This document shows, in pieces, positions 60,899 through 64,000 of a DNA stretch of 64,000 nucleotides (position 1 is the first letter of the stretch; each line of letters opens with the position of its first letter). Source of the stretch: Methanotrichaceae archaeon (GTDB lineage Archaea > Halobacteriota > Methanosarcinia > Methanotrichales > Methanotrichaceae); contig CAWEXU010000016.1 of assembly GCA_963813075.1 (NCBI GenBank), forward strand, positions 1 through 64,000. The letters run 5' to 3'. Below the pieces are notes generated by a model. It was not told where the DNA came from. It worked only from the letters and a program-made list of their open reading frames with translations, and made no database searches. Made by a program: the position numbers and the translations under genes.

Positions 60899-61570
60899 TT
60901 ATCGCTTTTCCGCCATCTCAATAGCTATCTCCTTTGCCCTCTCCAGGGCCCGGATGGCGTCCTCCATCTTGAAGTCCCGCCGGTGGGAAGCCAGGAATTC
61001 GCGAAACCTCTCGATTTCTTCTTCAGGCACAAAGCCCCGTGCCTTCTCCATCATCCTCTCATAGCTCCTCTCCGGGAAATAAAGGGACTGAGCGCAGCGA
61101 AGTAGTCGGTCTTTGCTGGAAGTGCTGATCACTCCCTTCTGCCAGGCCTCTTCCAGATTGAAGCGGATGTTCACCAGGGGCTCAGAGCACGGCTCGTAGG
61201 TGAAAGGATCAAATGTCAGCGCCACCTCGTCGTCCGAGACCAGTCGCCCGCTCTTGTAGGCCTGGTAGATGAGCCCTACTCCCTCCATGCCGTAAACATC
61301 CAATTCCGAGGCCCGCAGGGCTCCCATGCTCGACGCCCCCAGGACCCTCGCTCCCGCGTCCAGGGCGTATATGACCTCTTTATGCGCCACAGAGGAGTGC
61401 TGGAAGAAAACCCCGTCGATGAGAAGAATGATCTGCGCTCCCTCCTGGGCCGCCCGGTAAATGTCGCCCCGCTGGGCAGGAGGCCGCCAGTCCGCCTGCA
61501 GACCCTGCAGAATCTCCTCTGCCCTAGCTTGAGAGAGGCTTGGCCCCAGGAAGACGACGACTTCTGGCAT
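60899..61570 (-). CDS. tfuA: TfuA (MCR thioglycine formation)
   Basis: VFLGPSL, PPAQRGD, IDGVF...VAHKE, GASSMGALRASEL, DDEVA. Confidence 0.93.
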   Translation of the reverse strand: MPEVVVFLGPSLSQARAEEILQGLQADWRPPAQRGDIYRAAQEGAQIILLIDGVFFQHSSVAHKEVIYALDAGARVLGASSMGALRASELDVYGMEGVGLIYQAYKSGRLVSDDEVALTFDPFTYEPCSEPLVNIRFNLEEAWQKGVISTSSKDRLLRCAQSLYFPERSYERMMEKARGFVPEEEIERFREFLASHRRDFKMEDAIRALERAKEIAIEMAEKR

Positions 61571-62744
61571 TCCTTATCCTCTTGCCCACCCTTTCCGGGT
61601 CCACTCCAGCTATCTCCAGACCGGGCACGATCACCCTCACCACTGGAACGCCGATCTCCTCTCGGGTTAAGTCGACCACCACCGCCCGCTCCAGGCCCGC
61701 CTCCTCCAGCTTGCTGATCATGAACCGGATATCCAAAAGGAAGTCATCGCTCTCAAAAGACTGAATCTGGGCAAAGCTCTTCTCCTCCCCGACATCAAAC
61801 CAATAACGGTTGAGCCTCTTGGTCCGTTCATACCCGATCTGCCGGCGGAAATCGGCGGTGACTGTATCCTCCCTCGCTCCATGTATCTGGGTGAGCCGGC
61901 TCTGGGCCACCTCAGTCAGGGCGCGCAGCACCGCCACCCGCGCGCTGGTGTGGGTGCCCATCCCGGTGGTGAGAAGAGTGGGATCGCGCAGCTTTACATC
62001 ATCGGCAGCAGCCGCACAGGTGGGGACGCCGATATCGCTGGTGATATCCCGCAGGTAGACATCCACCTCCGCGGCGGCAAACCTCTCCATCAGGCTCTGT
62101 GCCTGGCCGTCAACAACATCGGTTATCAGCGGCCCCATACGCCTCGTCGCCTCCACTATTGCCCAGGCGTCCCTCTCGATCACCTCAGCCAGGCCGTGGA
62201 ATATCGCCTCTTCCATCATATTTCCTGAGGCGAGACCGCTGGTGTTGGTCCGAAAGAGCCTTTTGTAGTCGGAGGACAGAGGATGAAATACCGCATTGGC
62301 CGGGACCCATATCTCTTCGTCGTTCATCATGTCCCAGCCCGGAACCCAGGGGACCATATCGTCTGCATCCGCAACCGCCTGTGCGGGGAGTATCAGATCG
62401 ACCGGGTTGAGAGCCTCCGCCTTCAGGCTGGAATAGCGAGCAATTGTCAGCTCCCGGTCCCGCACCTCTCCGGAGTAGCGCTCCAGCCCCTCCATCATCG
62501 CCGAGACCCTGGCCTCGACGGGAGTTGCCCCTTTGCCATTATAGACGGAGACCGCCCCCCGATCGGCCATCGGCCGGATGGAGGAGAATACCGGTATGCC
62601 GATCCGGTCCAGGTTGGTTATATCGGCCACTCTGGTGATCCCGGCAGCGGGCAGCTTGGCCTCGATTCGCTCCTCAGTCTCCTCCGGAGATATCGCCCGG
62701 TGAGTGTCCTCCTTGTATCTCTTTATGCAGGGCCCTAGCTTCAT
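61524..62744 (-). CDS. ycaO: YcaO-type McrA glycine thioamidation protein
   Basis: [62 protein letters not shown]; overlaps tfuA. Confidence 0.94.
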   Translation of the reverse strand: MKLGPCIKRYKEDTHRAISPEETEERIEAKLPAAGITRVADITNLDRIGIPVFSSIRPMADRGAVSVYNGKGATPVEARVSAMMEGLERYSGEVRDRELTIARYSSLKAEALNPVDLILPAQAVADADDMVPWVPGWDMMNDEEIWVPANAVFHPLSSDYKRLFRTNTSGLASGNMMEEAIFHGLAEVIERDAWAIVEATRRMGPLITDVVDGQAQSLMERFAAAEVDVYLRDITSDIGVPTCAAAADDVKLRDPTLLTTGMGTHTSARVAVLRALTEVAQSRLTQIHGAREDTVTADFRRQIGYERTKRLNRYWFDVGEEKSFAQIQSFESDDFLLDIRFMISKLEEAGLERAVVVDLTREEIGVPVVRVIVPGLEIAGVDPERVGKRIRNARSRRLPGAKPLSS

Positions 62745-62806
62745 CGCCAGATCTTGGGGGGCGATGGAATATAAACCCTGTTCAAGAGCACTGATCAAGG
62801 TCGCTT

Positions 62807-63247
62807 TCAGGAGCTCGGCGGGGCCTCGGGCATAAGGAAAGGAAGCCGGTCTCTCATTCGATAGGCCAGGGCCTGGCAGGTGGCAACCAGCCGCCCGTCC
62901 TCTCCCGTCACCTTGATCTCGCAGGATGATATCTTCCGGGATCGATTCGTCTCCCGCCCCTCCGCCCGCAAAGTCTCCCCGGACCGGGCAGGGGACAGAT
63001 AATTTACATTCACCCCCAGTGCCACCGCCACTGTGCCGTGGGAGTTGACGGTCAGTTCAAATGCGGCATCAAGTAGGGAATAGATTGCTGCCCCATGGAT
63101 CGTCCCGAAGAGGTTGTTCATCATCTCGCTCGTCTTCAGATTCAGGATAGCGTGCCCCGCCTCCAGCTCCTCGATCTCTATTCCGAACATCCGGGCATAG
63201 GGCTCACGGGCAAACTCCTCTTTTAGAGACTTTATGCATTGGTCCAT
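62807..63247 (-). CDS. PaaI-family hotdog-fold thioesterase
   Basis: NLFGTIHGAAIYSLLD, NVNYLSPA. Confidence 0.88.
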   Translation of the reverse strand: MDQCIKSLKEEFAREPYARMFGIEIEELEAGHAILNLKTSEMMNNLFGTIHGAAIYSLLDAAFELTVNSHGTVAVALGVNVNYLSPARSGETLRAEGRETNRSRKISSCEIKVTGEDGRLVATCQALAYRMRDRLPFLMPEAPPSS

Positions 63248-63315
63248 GGAAATCTCTCCTCTCCCGGGACTATTTCTCGAAACGGTTATATCTGCTCCGC
63301 CAGGATCTAGACCTA

Positions 63316-63819
63316 ATGCCCTCCTCTCAAGGCCCAAGGCCTGAACCGGTCTCCATAGAGATCAGCGGATCTTCCGTATCCATCCTGCTCACCCAGGGCA
63401 CCATCAACATCTGGTTTGGCAAAAAGTTTGATAAGTTGCTCCTGTCCAGGATTCTGCTTATAATCTCCAAGGTTGACTCGACCACTGAGCATGAAAAGGA
63501 GGTCTTGTGCCCCTTTGAGGAGATCAGCGAGTTTGAGAGCAACGGCTATATTCTGACCTCATACGCCCGCAAAAAAGACCGGTACCGGGCGATATTTGTG
63601 GTCCCATTCTCCAACAGCAGGGCGCTGGAGATGTTCATGGAATCCATATCTCTGGAGACGGAGAAGGAGGATGTGAAGATCACCCTTTACTGGAGAGGGG
63701 GCAGGGTCAGGATGAATATCATGAAAGAGGAGCTGAGCACACTTGGCTGCTTCAGCATTCTCAATGTGGTCTACCGGGATGATCAAACGGTAGAGCAAAT
63801 TCGGAGGGAGAAGCCATGA
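63316..63819 (+). CDS. Hypothetical protein
   Basis: 167-aa ORF with ATGA overlap to the downstream aminotransferase. Confidence 0.65.
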   Translation: MPSSQGPRPEPVSIEISGSSVSILLTQGTINIWFGKKFDKLLLSRILLIISKVDSTTEHEKEVLCPFEEISEFESNGYILTSYARKKDRYRAIFVVPFSNSRALEMFMESISLETEKEDVKITLYWRGGRVRMNIMKEELSTLGCFSILNVVYRDDQTVEQIRREKP

Positions 63820-64000
63820 GGTTTGCATGTTGCACAGAGGAGATTGAGATATCGGGAATCAGAAAATGCTTCGAAGCGGCTAAGCCTGGTTCGGTCAACC
63901 TGGGACTGGGCCAGCCGGACTTCGACACTCCCGCTCATATAAAGAGGGCGGCGACTAAAGCAATAGAGATGGGGCAGTGCGGCTACACCCCCAACTGCGG
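63816..64000 (+). CDS. Class I PLP-dependent aminotransferase (partial, runs off the window)
   Basis: MRFACCTEEIEISGIRKCFEAAKPGSVNLGLGQPDFDTP...GYTPN. Confidence 0.85.
   Translation, partial: MRFACCTEEIEISGIRKCFEAAKPGSVNLGLGQPDFDTPAHIKRAATKAIEMGQCGYTPNC

Overview
Chromosomal segment of a methanogenic archaeon. Gene content (AMP-forming acetyl-CoA synthetase, ycaO-tfuA, mfnA, mtxA/mtxH, aCPSF1-psmB, LonB, Sec61beta, AcnX) fits Methanothrix/Methanotrichales; this assignment is an inference. It is mostly housekeeping: a Mg2+ transport cluster, cooS-cooF, acs, glgP, ppsA, an HSR1-like regulator-cdc48-lonB-tldD proteostasis cluster, a sulfur-transfer cluster (regulator-larE-cysteine desulfurase-fdhD-ttuA), nadA and thiS-tfuA-ycaO. 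Small accessory pieces are interspersed: an S41 peptidase with inverted-repeat-rich flanks, an acylphosphatase carrying eight in-frame 33-bp repeats, a coupled Schlafen/AlbA_2-ATPase + ParA-like gene pair, an HTH + GvpD/KaiC-like pair, and two patches of decayed toxin-antitoxin, TPR and radical-SAM remnants. About 14 single-base indels break otherwise intact conserved genes and are most likely long-read consensus errors. I found no tRNA, rRNA, CRISPR array, transposase or integrase. The best candidates for an undescribed system are the Schlafen+ParA module, the RHH protein with a 12-bp repeat array upstream of acs, the repeat-expanded acylphosphatase and the sulfur-insertion locus. All family calls come from motif recognition by eye, not database searches.
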